Below are positions 8,501 to 17,769 of a stretch of DNA of 64,000 bases, in pieces. Numbering within the stretch: the stretch's first letter is position 1; each line of letters opens with the position of its first letter. This stretch comes from a virus (Duplodnaviria; Heunggongvirae; Uroviricota; Caudoviricetes): the IMG/VR virus record IMGVR_UViG_2585427773_000003. One strand, written 5' to 3'. The notes beneath the pieces are model-generated. The model worked only from the letters and a program-made list of their open reading frames with translations. It had not been told where the DNA came from and searched no databases. Both the position numbers and the translations under genes were made by a program.

Positions 8501-10401
8501 GCGCCATCAACATAGAACACAGAGCGCAAATCATCGCCCTTATTACTCATCATTATTGAGTGGATGGCTCGTTCATTGTTTTGATATTGCCAGAACATTC
8601 CATAAGCATAACGCCCCCTGTCAGTCCAGCCGCCAGGCATAACAAATCCGTTAAACTCGCAGTTATTCATCGGATCGCCTGCGGTTCGCGTTGCCGTGGT
8701 GATAATGACCCTTGATGCCAGTTCGCTTACTGAGCCAGCAGAACGCATAACAACAACAGGGTAATATTTTCCAGATGTTGCACCTGCAGGAGCGTTAACC
8801 CGCACATAACGCATACCACGCTTATCAGCAAAGTCTGTTTTACTGACCGCGTTAATGTTGTTCAGGAAGCGTCCCTTATCGGGTATATCAGCGCCGTTCT
8901 GGTCTTTCTGCAGACGTTTCTCTGCATTGTCATAGGCTGATTTTACTGCCTTTGGCGTTGCCGCCAGCGTTTCAGACGTACTGTTGGTCGCACTGCTGAG
9001 CTGTACTATCCCCTTTTTCGTCGTGCTCGCATCCTCAAGCGCCACGGCGGATGCAATATCCTCTGCCCGTTTTGCCGCTGTCTCGGCGCGCGTTGCCGCG
9101 GATTCCGCCGTACTTTTGCTCTGTGCTGCCGCCGTCGCACTGCCAGCTGCCTCTGTCGCCTTCGTGGATGCTGTCGTGGCGCTGCCCTTCGCTGCGGACG
9201 CTTGTCTGGTCGCCTCATCTTTTGAAGCAGACGCAGATGATGCCGATGACGCCGCCGAACTGGCGGACGATGCGGCAGCCGTTTTTGAGGATTCTGCGCT
9301 GGTTTCCGACGCTTTCGCGTTCGTCTCGGATGTCTTCGCTGCGGAAGCAGACCTCGCTGCTGCGCTGGCCTGTTCAGTGGCTTCGCCAGCCTTCGTTGTG
9401 GCTGTTGAAGCAGACGATGCGGCACTTTCTGCCGATTTTCCGGCGGCGGTGGCACTGGCTGAGGCCTGCCCGGCACTTGTTGACGCGGCACTGGCAGACG
9501 ACGCAGCCGCTGTTTTTGAGCCTGCCGCAGCCGAGGCGCTCTGTCCCGCTGCCGTTTCAGAAGACCTGGCGTTTGTCTCAGACGTCTTTGCCGCCTTCGC
9601 GGAATTGCCTGCCGCCGTTGCCGAGGAAGCGGCACTACTGGCGCTCGAGGCTGCGTTAGTTTCTGATGATTTCGCTGCCTCTTTTGAGGCCGCCGCATCC
9701 CGGGCTGAGGTGGCAGCTTCTGACGCTTTCGTGGTCGCGGTGGATGCAGAAGTGGCTGCAGATTTTTGTGACGCTGCAGCATTCGTTTCAGACGTTTTCG
9801 CGGCACCGGCACTGGTGGCCGCCGCGCTTTTTGAGGACTCTGCAGCGGATGCACTTTGAGACGCTTGAGAGGCTTTTTCTCCAGCGGTATTGGCGCTTTC
9901 TGCTGCTGCGGCAGCACTGGCCGCCGCCTCACGAGCTTTGTCGCCAGCAGCGTCAATCGCGTCGGTGTTATTTTTATACCACTCAACGTTTTCGTTGTGC
10001 TCGTTGACAATCTGTATCAGCGGCTTAACGGTCACTTCTGTACCGTCTTCACGCTCGATTGTCACCTCATCCAGCGCAGTCAACCAACTGCGCATGGACT
10101 TGGAATCAGCCGACATACGCGACATTAGCGCAGTAAAGCGCGCGCTAAACTGTGTTAAGTCGCCTTCATAGGTCGTAATGATTCGGCACGGAACCTCAGA
10201 CTGAGTTTCGCCGGTATAAGGTTCTGAGAGAACAATATTCGTATCGCTTATTACGCGCTTGATCTCATACAGCTTATTGTCGGGGCCAATGACGATCATC
10301 CCCGGCAACACACCATTAGCTGTTACGTTCCAGGCTGTCCCTGCCCCAACCAGAGTATTGCTACCCTGTGTAAATGTGATAGTACCTTCCCTGTACCACA
10401 T
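5548..10401 (-). CDS. Long tail fiber protein with C-terminal intramolecular chaperone (peptidase S74-like) domain
   Basis: 1617 aa; Ala/Ser-rich low-complexity coiled segment; C-terminal SDRRSKRNI...IAQDVQ...VEAVKELREEV pattern typical of self-cleaving chaperone domains. Confidence 0.75.
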   Translation of the reverse strand: MWYREGTITFTQGSNTLVGAGTAWNVTANGVLPGMIVIGPDNKLYEIKRVISDTNIVLSEPYTGETQSEVPCRIITTYEGDLTQFSARFTALMSRMSADSKSMRSWLTALDEVTIEREDGTEVTVKPLIQIVNEHNENVEWYKNNTDAIDAAGDKAREAAASAAAAAESANTAGEKASQASQSASAAESSKSAAATSAGAAKTSETNAAASQKSAATSASTATTKASEAATSARDAAASKEAAKSSETNAASSASSAASSATAAGNSAKAAKTSETNARSSETAAGQSASAAAGSKTAAASSASAASTSAGQASASATAAGKSAESAASSASTATTKAGEATEQASAAARSASAAKTSETNAKASETSAESSKTAAASSASSAASSASSASASKDEATRQASAAKGSATTASTKATEAAGSATAAAQSKSTAESAATRAETAAKRAEDIASAVALEDASTTKKGIVQLSSATNSTSETLAATPKAVKSAYDNAEKRLQKDQNGADIPDKGRFLNNINAVSKTDFADKRGMRYVRVNAPAGATSGKYYPVVVMRSAGSVSELASRVIITTATRTAGDPMNNCEFNGFVMPGGWTDRGRYAYGMFWQYQNNERAIHSIMMSNKGDDLRSVFYVDGAAFPVFAFIEDGLSISAPGADLVVNDTTYKFGATNPATECIAADVILDFKSGRGFYESNSLIVNDNLSCKKLFATDEIVARGGNQIRMIGGEYGALWRNDGAKTHLLLTNQGDVYGGWNTLRPFSIDNATGELVIGTKLSASLNGNALTATKLQTPRRVSGVEFDGSKDITLTAAHVAAFARRATGSYADADGGVPWNAESGAYNVVRTGESYILANFYTGVGSCRTLQIKAHYKNGGLFYRSSRDGYGFESGWEQVYTTGFMPQPADINAPTAAAGWLNSGNGTAFTTAQFITWLNNQGAFSNKYWIARCSWAYANNNYIDDTGCGRIDLSGSVIEVFSNKSTSHYTIRVTTTTTSGHGGVNNAEFIYVYNGSDYAPGWRRSYNTRNKPTASDVGALSLSGGALTGGLTAAGEIISKSANGLRIAYGNYGFFIRNDGSNTYFMLTASGDTLGSWNGLRPIIINNTSGAVTIGNGLNVTGGINGSLNGNAATATKLQTARTIGGVSFDGSANINLPGVNIAGNQNTTGNAATATKLQTARTINGVSFDGSKNIELTPRSIGTINSATMSFSGGAGWFKLATVTMPQASSVVYISLIGGAGFNVGSPQQAGISELVLRAGNGNPKGITGALWRRTSVGFTNFAWVNTSGDTYDIYVEIGNYATGVNIQWDYTSNASVTIHTSPTYTANKPTGLTDGTVYVIYSSHIKPTAADVGALSLSGGQLNGALGIGTSSALGGNSIVLGDNDTGFKQNGDGILDVYANSAHVFRFVNSTLQSLKPLSVTGDITSSAWVYANRFSINSGSGAWIDMRNQNVIFGRNAVSTSSAQALLRQDHADRKFFLGGLGNSQFGFYMINNSRTANGTDANAYLQNDGTWVCGGNGSFNDVYIRSDRRSKRNIRKIERALDKLDRIEGVLYEIQVCDRYEQSGGLIAQDVQNVQPELVTVDHNDQSGEPRLRLNYNGVIGMLVEAVKELREEVRELKAKM

Positions 10402-10494
10402 GTTGAATATGCTCCTTGATTTAGCGGGTTATCCTTGCCCGCCATTAAGTAAATACTTACCTATTTTTACCGATATAAAATTTTTTTTCCACCA

Positions 10495-13400
10495 TCACAG
10501 ACGGCCAATTCTTACTCGTAGGACGTTGTTATCGTCATAAACGTCAATCCGCTGACCATTTATAACCAATCGCCCATTGCCGCCGCTATTACCGTTGATC
10601 TCAAGCGTTCCATTTTTGCCGAACCGCCATCCAGATCTACCGCTAACAAAATTGGTAGATTGCAGATCGCCTACTTTTGCATTGGTGATTGTGCCATCCT
10701 TGATATACGCTCCATTCATATAGGCGATACTGTTTTCGATAACAAATGGCGTTGTGATCTTCCCGTTAACAGAGTTGACCAAACCAAACCTGTCCGCCTG
10801 AACCAAAAACTGAGATAGCCCAGTGGTGTCAATACCAAGCGCAATACCGGCAACATACTTCTGCCCTCCGCTCGTTGAAGTCTCCATTTTCAACGTCCAC
10901 GCGGTTGATACTTTTTTGTTGGTATCAGCAATAGCTGTTGCCTGCTGTTGAATTGTCGCGGTATTTCCATCCACCTCTGCTTTCAGAGTATCGATTCGCC
11001 CACTCAGAGCATTATCTGCCTGCGTTCTCGCTGTCGTTTCAGTTGTTACCGCCGCGGAAATGTTGGCTGCCGTTTGAGACTCTAAGTTTGTGATTTGAGT
11101 CGCCAATGCAGCATCTTGCTCTGTACGCGTTTTCGTTTCGGTTGCTACAGCCGCTTTAATATCCTCTTTGTATTGAGAGGTCAGCTTGGTGATCTGAGAC
11201 GACAACGCCGAGTCAGCATCAGTTCGAGCCTGCGTTTCAACTGCAACGGCCGCACTAATATCTTTCGCTGTCTGTGCTTTTAAACTTGAAACCTCTTTTG
11301 TTAAAGCGGTATCACCATCTGCACGAGCCGTTGTTTCTCTGGCAAGAGACGCCTCGAGATCATTAGCTTTTGCTGTAAGAGACGTAATCTGGGTAGACAA
11401 TGCACTATCGGCATCAGTCCTTGCTTTTGTCTCTACAGCAACCGCTGCGGCAATATCAGTTCCGGTTTGTGCTCGCAGGCTGTTAATTTCTCGTGAGAGC
11501 GCCTGGTCAGCACTTGCTCTGGCCTCCTGCTCCTGAGTGATGGCAGCGGATATATCACCGTCAACCTTTGACTGAAGCTGGTTTATTTGTTTGGCTAACG
11601 CAGAGTCCCCGCTTGCTCGGGCCTCCTGCTCACTACGTATTGCAGCAGAAATATCATCATCAACCTTTGCCTGAAGTTGGGTGATCTGGCTTGCCAGAGC
11701 CGAATCTTCCGTTGCTCGGGCTTCTTGCTCTTCCTTAATAGCTGCGACGATATCGTTGCTTACTTTCGACTCAAGCTGAGTGATCTGTGTCGTCAGAGCT
11801 TCATCGGCAGATGTACGAGCCTCCTGCTCTGTACTAATCGCCGCGCTGATATCTCCTTCAAACTTAGATTGCAGCTGAGTGACACGCTTTGCCAACGCTT
11901 CATCGCCATCGGCACGAGCGGTGGACTCTTCCAGAATACTGGCCTTAATGTCTTCGCCAATTTCTACGCGAATTTCCTCAACCTTCGTGGCCATTGCAGA
12001 CATATCATCAGCAAAGGTTTTCTGTGTTGTTGCGATCTTCGCGTTATTGACCATCTGCTTGTGCTGGTCTTCATCTTGACGAAGAGCCAGGTCAATATTT
12101 GTTTTGGCTAACGCCTCAATGTTCGTAGTCAGTTCTGCACTTGCACGATCGACCTCTGCAACCGTCTTTTTCATTTCTTCAACGGCAGCGGAGCTTTCCT
12201 CTACCGTTGACTGCAACACTTCCAGTTGTTTAGCGTTTGCAGCATCGCCTTCAACACGAGCCTCGCTTTCCTTAGCAATAAGAGCCGCCGCTTCATCTCT
12301 TGCAGCCTTTATTGCCTCGACTGTATTAGCGAGAGCTTTATCGTGTTCAGATACGGTGTTTTCGATTTCAACAATTGCAGCATCAGTGGCATCAATTTTT
12401 TCAAACGCTTCATTGACCTTGTCGATCGTTGCCGAAACCTCACCTTTAAGCTCGGTTTGTGCGTTCTCCAAAGCATCGCTACGCTCGTTGAATTTTATTT
12501 CAAAACCCGCGAGGTTATCGTTGAACTGCTTATCTAATTCAGCTATATCTTCCTTAACGTCGTTTACCGACCCCTCCAAAGATTCGACGCTCTGGTTGAT
12601 ATGCTCATTTAACTCGTCAACTGCTTCTTGAGAGGCTTTGCTGTTGATGTCCTCAAGCAGAGCCTGACCAAGCTCGGAAGATGTAATTTTGCCAGTCAGG
12701 AACGACAGTACATCGCGAGTTGTCGCCTCTGTACCCAAATTTGAGTTCGGAGGACTTAACATACCTCGCTTGTTCGATGCTCGAACCCAGTAATACCACG
12801 TTTCACTATCCCCAAGACCAGCATGTGTAAAGGTGGTGCTTGCAGACTCTGCGATCAGTTTCGCCGTATCCAGATTGTTGGTCTGGGATGCGTAAACATT
12901 AATGTGATCAAGGTCTACCGAATCTGGATTAACCCAATTCAGTATCACATTACGATAGTCTCCAACGGCCGTTAATGACGTTGGTGCATCCGGCGGTGTC
13001 ATTGTGCCCAGCACCTGATAAACGGTACTGATAATTTCTGTTTTTTTACCGTTGAATGAAACCGCATACAGTTGGAAGTCGTAGCGTCCATTCTCCGCGA
13101 CATTAACGATTTCGTATTGCTCTTCGGTTACACGCGCCGATTGCCAGTTCGATACATTGTTTTCATCAGAACGTCGCCAACTGATCCAATACTCTGGAGA
13201 TTTCCCTTCCCATGTTGCAGTCAGTTTTACTGACAGGTTGCCAGGGCTTGAGAGATAAGTCCCTTCGGTTATTTGCAAATTAGACGGCTTGGAGTAAGTC
13301 GGGTCCAATACCGTCGTATTTTGCGGGATAAGCGTTGCACCATTGTCGATCGCCTCATATTTAGACGGATTGTTCTCAACAGCGGTGATGTCAAAGCTAC

Positions 13401-15228
13401 CCGGCGTTTCCCCCTGCGCGATGTTAACGATGCGAACACGCATAGGTTCGAGGTCTGGTTCTGTAATAGTCCAGACGCCGTTCAAAACAGGCGTTTCAGC
13501 CGAAGACAGGGATTTTGAAAACGTAACTTTTGTTATATTTTCGCCAGTTTCAAGAACATCGCGTTCAACGATTTTGCCTTCCTGATTCAGTATTCGAATA
13601 AAGCAGCCGCCTTTGGCTAACGACACCGGCGCATCGAGTGTGACGCTGTTTTTGGTAAACGCCACAATTCGACCTGAGTTACGTTTGCCTGCGCGATATT
13701 TGTTCTGAATCAGAACGGTTTCACCAGGCATCAGAAATGACGCGTCTAAGCCGGCAGTAAATGTAATTACATCCGACTCCATTCTGGCGGTATATAAAAG
13801 CCACAAACCAACTCGGTGAGCCTGCCCTCGGCTTGTACAGCCAAATGCTACGACTTCTGTTTTACGCTCACCATAACGGCGCATTGCGTCCTGATCTTCG
13901 ACGTACTCGATGTTTTGCTTATAACCGTCCTCCTTGTTGTTGTAGGTTACGAGCGCAACGGATGGGCGATCTTTACGCGCAGAACCTTTATAGGTAAACA
14001 ATCCATCTTTGACGTTAGAGTTGGTAAACATCATTACCGGATCTGATGGGCTATCCTGCATGATGTTAACCATCCCACCAGCCCAAAACACCATGCCGCG
14101 GAATGCTCCGGCAATATCCTGAATTAGCCGGTATGCGTCCTGTCGACTGGTGATCTGCGTATTGATTGCAAAGCGTTTCTCTTTGCCACCAAAGCCATCA
14201 TCGACCTCTTCGTCACAATATCGACCAATCTGGTACAACTGGCCAAGGTCAATCATAGATTCCGACACATACTGACCAAGGCCATATCGAGCATTGGTCA
14301 GCAAATCAAAGAGAATCCACGCGGGGTTCGAAGAAGACAACAGCTTAAAAGTGCCATCCCATACCCCAGCGTAAGTGTTACTGGACTCGTTATAGTTTGA
14401 AGGTACTCGAATTTTTAGGCCACGCACCAGATAAGAGCGAGATGGCATGGTGCTGCCGAATTGCTCAGAGTTTACCTTCAATCCAACCAAAACAGAGTTT
14501 GGATAGTTCATCGGTGTATCGACAATTTCCCCGATTGAATCCACCCATGTATCGTTATAGAGATACTGGCTACTGTTATCATCGGTAATACGGACCACAC
14601 GAACCTTGTATGCTCGTCCAGGCTTAGGCAGCTTCAGCTCATAGCTACGGTAATAAACGCCGGTCTTCTTTGCTGTTAGCTTAATGCCAACGCTTTTTTC
14701 ACCTTCAGCGACCACATCTACAAATGTTGAGTCGCCATTTGCTATCTGGAACTTGTACTCAACAGTCGTACCGTTCGTGTCACCAGTTTTTTTATCTATG
14801 CTTCGCAAAGAAGGAAACTTCATGATGACACGAACCCGATCAGCTTCATCGTTATCGATTGAAACCGTTACATAATGTGTTTTTTTTAACTGGATATTGA
14901 CGGATTTAGGCGTTTCAACGAAATCAAAGCCAGACATTGGAGTCTGGTCTTGTGAACCGTCGCGAAAATCCCATGTGATTCCGCTGAAGTTGGAGGAACC
15001 GTCTTCATTTACAATCGGCAGATCGTCGATAAAAATAGATCTTGCGCCATTTACTAAGCCGCCAATTACCCCTTCCCCAAGAAGATCGAGGATAGCGGCC
15101 ATTGCACGAGAATTTACGGTATCGTCGGCTTCAACCGGTGTACGGCTGGAGCTTTTGCTGCTTTTTTTACCACCCGCACCGGCAATAAACAGCGGTAGCT
15201 TTTTCTTCTTGAACTGTTCCATGTTCAA
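10495..15228 (-). CDS. Tail tip / host specificity protein (lambda J-like) with long coiled-coil repeat region
   Basis: 1577 aa; N-terminus resembles lambda J; about 12 tandem repeats of roughly 24 aa (DISAAI..EQEAR..AD.AL); start TTG at 15228 or ATG at 15222. Confidence 0.8.
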   Translation of the reverse strand: MNMEQFKKKKLPLFIAGAGGKKSSKSSSRTPVEADDTVNSRAMAAILDLLGEGVIGGLVNGARSIFIDDLPIVNEDGSSNFSGITWDFRDGSQDQTPMSGFDFVETPKSVNIQLKKTHYVTVSIDNDEADRVRVIMKFPSLRSIDKKTGDTNGTTVEYKFQIANGDSTFVDVVAEGEKSVGIKLTAKKTGVYYRSYELKLPKPGRAYKVRVVRITDDNSSQYLYNDTWVDSIGEIVDTPMNYPNSVLVGLKVNSEQFGSTMPSRSYLVRGLKIRVPSNYNESSNTYAGVWDGTFKLLSSSNPAWILFDLLTNARYGLGQYVSESMIDLGQLYQIGRYCDEEVDDGFGGKEKRFAINTQITSRQDAYRLIQDIAGAFRGMVFWAGGMVNIMQDSPSDPVMMFTNSNVKDGLFTYKGSARKDRPSVALVTYNNKEDGYKQNIEYVEDQDAMRRYGERKTEVVAFGCTSRGQAHRVGLWLLYTARMESDVITFTAGLDASFLMPGETVLIQNKYRAGKRNSGRIVAFTKNSVTLDAPVSLAKGGCFIRILNQEGKIVERDVLETGENITKVTFSKSLSSAETPVLNGVWTITEPDLEPMRVRIVNIAQGETPGSFDITAVENNPSKYEAIDNGATLIPQNTTVLDPTYSKPSNLQITEGTYLSSPGNLSVKLTATWEGKSPEYWISWRRSDENNVSNWQSARVTEEQYEIVNVAENGRYDFQLYAVSFNGKKTEIISTVYQVLGTMTPPDAPTSLTAVGDYRNVILNWVNPDSVDLDHINVYASQTNNLDTAKLIAESASTTFTHAGLGDSETWYYWVRASNKRGMLSPPNSNLGTEATTRDVLSFLTGKITSSELGQALLEDINSKASQEAVDELNEHINQSVESLEGSVNDVKEDIAELDKQFNDNLAGFEIKFNERSDALENAQTELKGEVSATIDKVNEAFEKIDATDAAIVEIENTVSEHDKALANTVEAIKAARDEAAALIAKESEARVEGDAANAKQLEVLQSTVEESSAAVEEMKKTVAEVDRASAELTTNIEALAKTNIDLALRQDEDQHKQMVNNAKIATTQKTFADDMSAMATKVEEIRVEIGEDIKASILEESTARADGDEALAKRVTQLQSKFEGDISAAISTEQEARTSADEALTTQITQLESKVSNDIVAAIKEEQEARATEDSALASQITQLQAKVDDDISAAIRSEQEARASGDSALAKQINQLQSKVDGDISAAITQEQEARASADQALSREINSLRAQTGTDIAAAVAVETKARTDADSALSTQITSLTAKANDLEASLARETTARADGDTALTKEVSSLKAQTAKDISAAVAVETQARTDADSALSSQITKLTSQYKEDIKAAVATETKTRTEQDAALATQITNLESQTAANISAAVTTETTARTQADNALSGRIDTLKAEVDGNTATIQQQATAIADTNKKVSTAWTLKMETSTSGGQKYVAGIALGIDTTGLSQFLVQADRFGLVNSVNGKITTPFVIENSIAYMNGAYIKDGTITNAKVGDLQSTNFVSGRSGWRFGKNGTLEINGNSGGNGRLVINGQRIDVYDDNNVLRVRIGRL

Positions 15229-15239
15229 AAAATCCTTGT

Positions 15240-15833
15240 TTACATTAGCTGGTCAATCGTGATTGAAGAACTCACAACCTGTGAGCCAACCAGAATTTCC
15301 TCGCCATAGATAAGTTGTACTGGGTTGCCCTGGTTTTCTGTATTTTGAGGGCCGTCGAAATAATAAGAGTTCGAGTTATCTGCCTGTCTCACACTTTCGT
15401 TAGTGGCTTTCGGCGATATGATTTTTGGTATTCCCCCCATCATCAGTGACAAACCGAGAGGTGCTAAAGCAGGCATCACTACCGCCGATACAACCAACAA
15501 AGCGGCCCCTACTACCGTCTGAAACCACCCAAAAGCAGATCCACCGCTTCCTCGCGGAACAGGTGTAATGCGGATTTTGGCAATGTTGTCAGACTGCCCC
15601 ATCATCTGATATTCACTTTCGTCAACAGACCACTTGTGGCCCTGTTTATTGGTGATCTGGATGTGGTAACGGTCATAGGTTTTGATATTGCGCTTCATCC
15701 ATGCTTTAAACCCAGGCTTGTTGGCCTCAATTAAATCCAGAGCCTGTTTTGTATTGCGCACCTTTAGATGCCAGTGGCGGCCAAAATGTTTGGCCATAGG
15801 GCCGCCAAGCTGCACATGAACTAACTCAGACAC
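15240..15833 (-). CDS. Tail assembly protein (lambda I-like)
   Basis: Homology pattern to lambda gpI N-terminus; Gly-rich hydrophobic C-terminal half; GTG start overlapping K gene. Confidence 0.75.
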   Translation of the reverse strand: MSELVHVQLGGPMAKHFGRHWHLKVRNTKQALDLIEANKPGFKAWMKRNIKTYDRYHIQITNKQGHKWSVDESEYQMMGQSDNIAKIRITPVPRGSGGSAFGWFQTVVGAALLVVSAVVMPALAPLGLSLMMGGIPKIISPKATNESVRQADNSNSYYFDGPQNTENQGNPVQLIYGEEILVGSQVVSSSITIDQLM

Positions 15834-16618
15834 GTCTCATCTCCCTTGAGCAAGTCTCTGTGACGCAAGTGATGCGTCGTATGTTTCTGATACATTCCGC
15901 CGTAATAAGCACGACAACTAAGACGGTCGATCTGGTGATGAAGAATCATTCCATCGCCGATATAAACCGCGCAGTGATCTGGCATTTTCCCGTATTGAAT
16001 AAAGAAGACGTCCCCACGTTGAGGCTCTGTTCCAGGTGCAAGCCGTACCAATCCCTCGTTTCGGTAGTTCTGGTCGAGAATGTCGTTATCGCCGGTGTAC
16101 CACGATGGAATATGCAGGTGTGCGTTCGGGTTAAGCTCGACGTTAAACTCACGCTTCAAATAGTCCCGACACAACATCCAGCAATCGAATACGCCAAATA
16201 CATACGGTCTACCCAGGTATGGCATTTCGAAACCATCAGGTGTGATCACATTCATCTCGCTAAAATGGAAAGGGGCATCTCCCTCAACATTCTTGCGAAT
16301 AGCCAGAATCATCCACGGAACTTCCGTCGCTTCACAGCCTGCACGATCGGCATCAGATGCTTCTGCTGATTCATCAGTATGTGAATGCCAGATTGCGATT
16401 ACGTCACCTGCATCCTCTGCCGCCATAATGTCGTCAACGTGCATTACAAAAGTGTTCTGCGGGTTCTCCGAAACATTTCGCGCTTCCATAAAGCGATATT
16501 TGTCGCCATTAGTTCTCACCAGAAAGCCACACGCTTCATTAGGGTAGCGATTTATGGCGCAGAGATAGATTTGCTGCATAACATCAGAGCCAAGCTCAGG
16601 GATTGCTTTATTACCCAT
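15821..16618 (-). CDS. Tail assembly protein (lambda K-like, MPN/JAMM plus NlpC/P60)
   Basis: YPNEACGF and HSH motifs (JAMM-like), C-terminal Cys/His peptidase-like region; start choice 16618 vs 16645 uncertain. Confidence 0.75.
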   Translation of the reverse strand: MGNKAIPELGSDVMQQIYLCAINRYPNEACGFLVRTNGDKYRFMEARNVSENPQNTFVMHVDDIMAAEDAGDVIAIWHSHTDESAEASDADRAGCEATEVPWMILAIRKNVEGDAPFHFSEMNVITPDGFEMPYLGRPYVFGVFDCWMLCRDYLKREFNVELNPNAHLHIPSWYTGDNDILDQNYRNEGLVRLAPGTEPQRGDVFFIQYGKMPDHCAVYIGDGMILHHQIDRLSCRAYYGGMYQKHTTHHLRHRDLLKGDETCLS

Positions 16619-17309
16619 ATCGCGTAGCTCCAATAAACCCGCCAAAATGGATCACTCCGTTGGCAAAATAATTCCGACGCGCATTACAGGCGTCATAACG
16701 TTTTGTGCAGTAATCAGCACCAGACATAGACGTCTGCTGGTTATTTTTGTCGAAATATGGACCGGTATAGCCGCATTCTGGCCCTCGGTATTTCCACGGG
16801 CAGGTGTTTTTAATGATCTGACGATACGGCAGTTGCACCCCCATCAAATCGAACACACTGGACAATTCAAACTCGACAACCTGATGAGTTTCGAGAGTTT
16901 TCTGTTCGATAAACCACATTTCATCCGGGAAATGTTGGTTTGGATCTGCTGTTGGGTTGCCGTCTTTAAAATTAACGGCATCGAGGAAGCGAGCCAGCGT
17001 CATCTTGCGAATAATGCGGCAGCCAACAAGATCGTCGTTCGCCTGAACTTCCGCAGAGACGGTTCCGGCAAAGTTCGATACCTGAATTTTTGGACGTGGC
17101 AACGTTCCCTGGCCAGTTTTGTCAAAGCCTGATGCTTTGATTGGCCACGGCTCGTATGTCACTCCTTGCCAGACGACAGGTTGCATCAGTTCGTTTGTTC
17201 CGGCGTGGAAGAATAACTTCCCCCCTGAAGTTGTGTTCGACATATCCAGTACGAACAACTCAATGAGTGCAGAGGGAGATAAGCTCTGAATATCAGCTTT
17301 AATTCCCAT
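16611..17309 (-). CDS. Minor tail protein (lambda L-like)
   Basis: RFLDAVNF, NTCPWKYRG.ECGY motifs shared with lambda gpL; RBS aagga. Confidence 0.8.
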   Translation of the reverse strand: MGIKADIQSLSPSALIELFVLDMSNTTSGGKLFFHAGTNELMQPVVWQGVTYEPWPIKASGFDKTGQGTLPRPKIQVSNFAGTVSAEVQANDDLVGCRIIRKMTLARFLDAVNFKDGNPTADPNQHFPDEMWFIEQKTLETHQVVEFELSSVFDLMGVQLPYRQIIKNTCPWKYRGPECGYTGPYFDKNNQQTSMSGADYCTKRYDACNARRNYFANGVIHFGGFIGATRYG

Positions 17310-17391
17310 TGTTTCATCCTTGAAATAAGTAGGCGCTAACATCCTGTCAGCGCCACAATGATAGTAAATTAGTACTTACTTATCCAGATAC

Positions 17392-17727
17392 TTAAGCCTC
17401 AAATACTTGTCTGAATGTAGCAGTTAAGACACAGTACCCCTGATATCGCTTGACCGTATGACTGTCACATACAACTACAATCCGTTTTCCTCTTGGATTA
17501 ACCCAATAGAACGACTCAACGCCTGCTCGCTCAGTCAGGAAGTCATCGATTGCATTAATTTCGTTGTATGATCTGGTAAAGGTTAACGACCATTCTTCTT
17601 TAATACGATTAAGACCTTGAGCCTGTCGCTGCTCGTAGTCATCACCAAAATTAAGTACCGTTACATTCGGTTTTACGCTCTTTTCAGATTCGTAATCTGG
17701 ATACCAATTAAACGTTTGTCTTTCCAT
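17392..17727 (-). CDS. Minor tail protein (lambda M-like)
   Basis: 111 aa, position between tape measure and L. Confidence 0.7.
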   Translation of the reverse strand: MERQTFNWYPDYESEKSVKPNVTVLNFGDDYEQRQAQGLNRIKEEWSLTFTRSYNEINAIDDFLTERAGVESFYWVNPRGKRIVVVCDSHTVKRYQGYCVLTATFRQVFEA

Positions 17728-17769
17728 CTCACATCCTTGTGAGACTGCCCCGGTCGGGGCAGTCGATAG

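Noticed and set aside
8984-10010. Large antisense ORFs (291 aa Ala-rich, 334 aa Arg/Pro-rich, 202 aa) inside the tail fiber gene
   Set aside because: They arise from the repetitive GC-rich Ala/Ser-coding segment read in other frames or on the other strand, have extreme low-complexity composition, and conflict with the well-supported 1617-aa tail fiber.
11000-12150. Possible CRISPR array suggested by tandem nucleotide repeats
   Set aside because: Repeats are in-frame coding repeats within the J-like gene (about 72-bp period, no spacer/repeat architecture, no cas genes).
12104-12631. 175-aa Ser/Ala-rich plus-strand ORF antisense to the J-like gene
   Set aside because: Antisense to the coiled-coil repeat region; composition mirrors the complement of the repeat codons.
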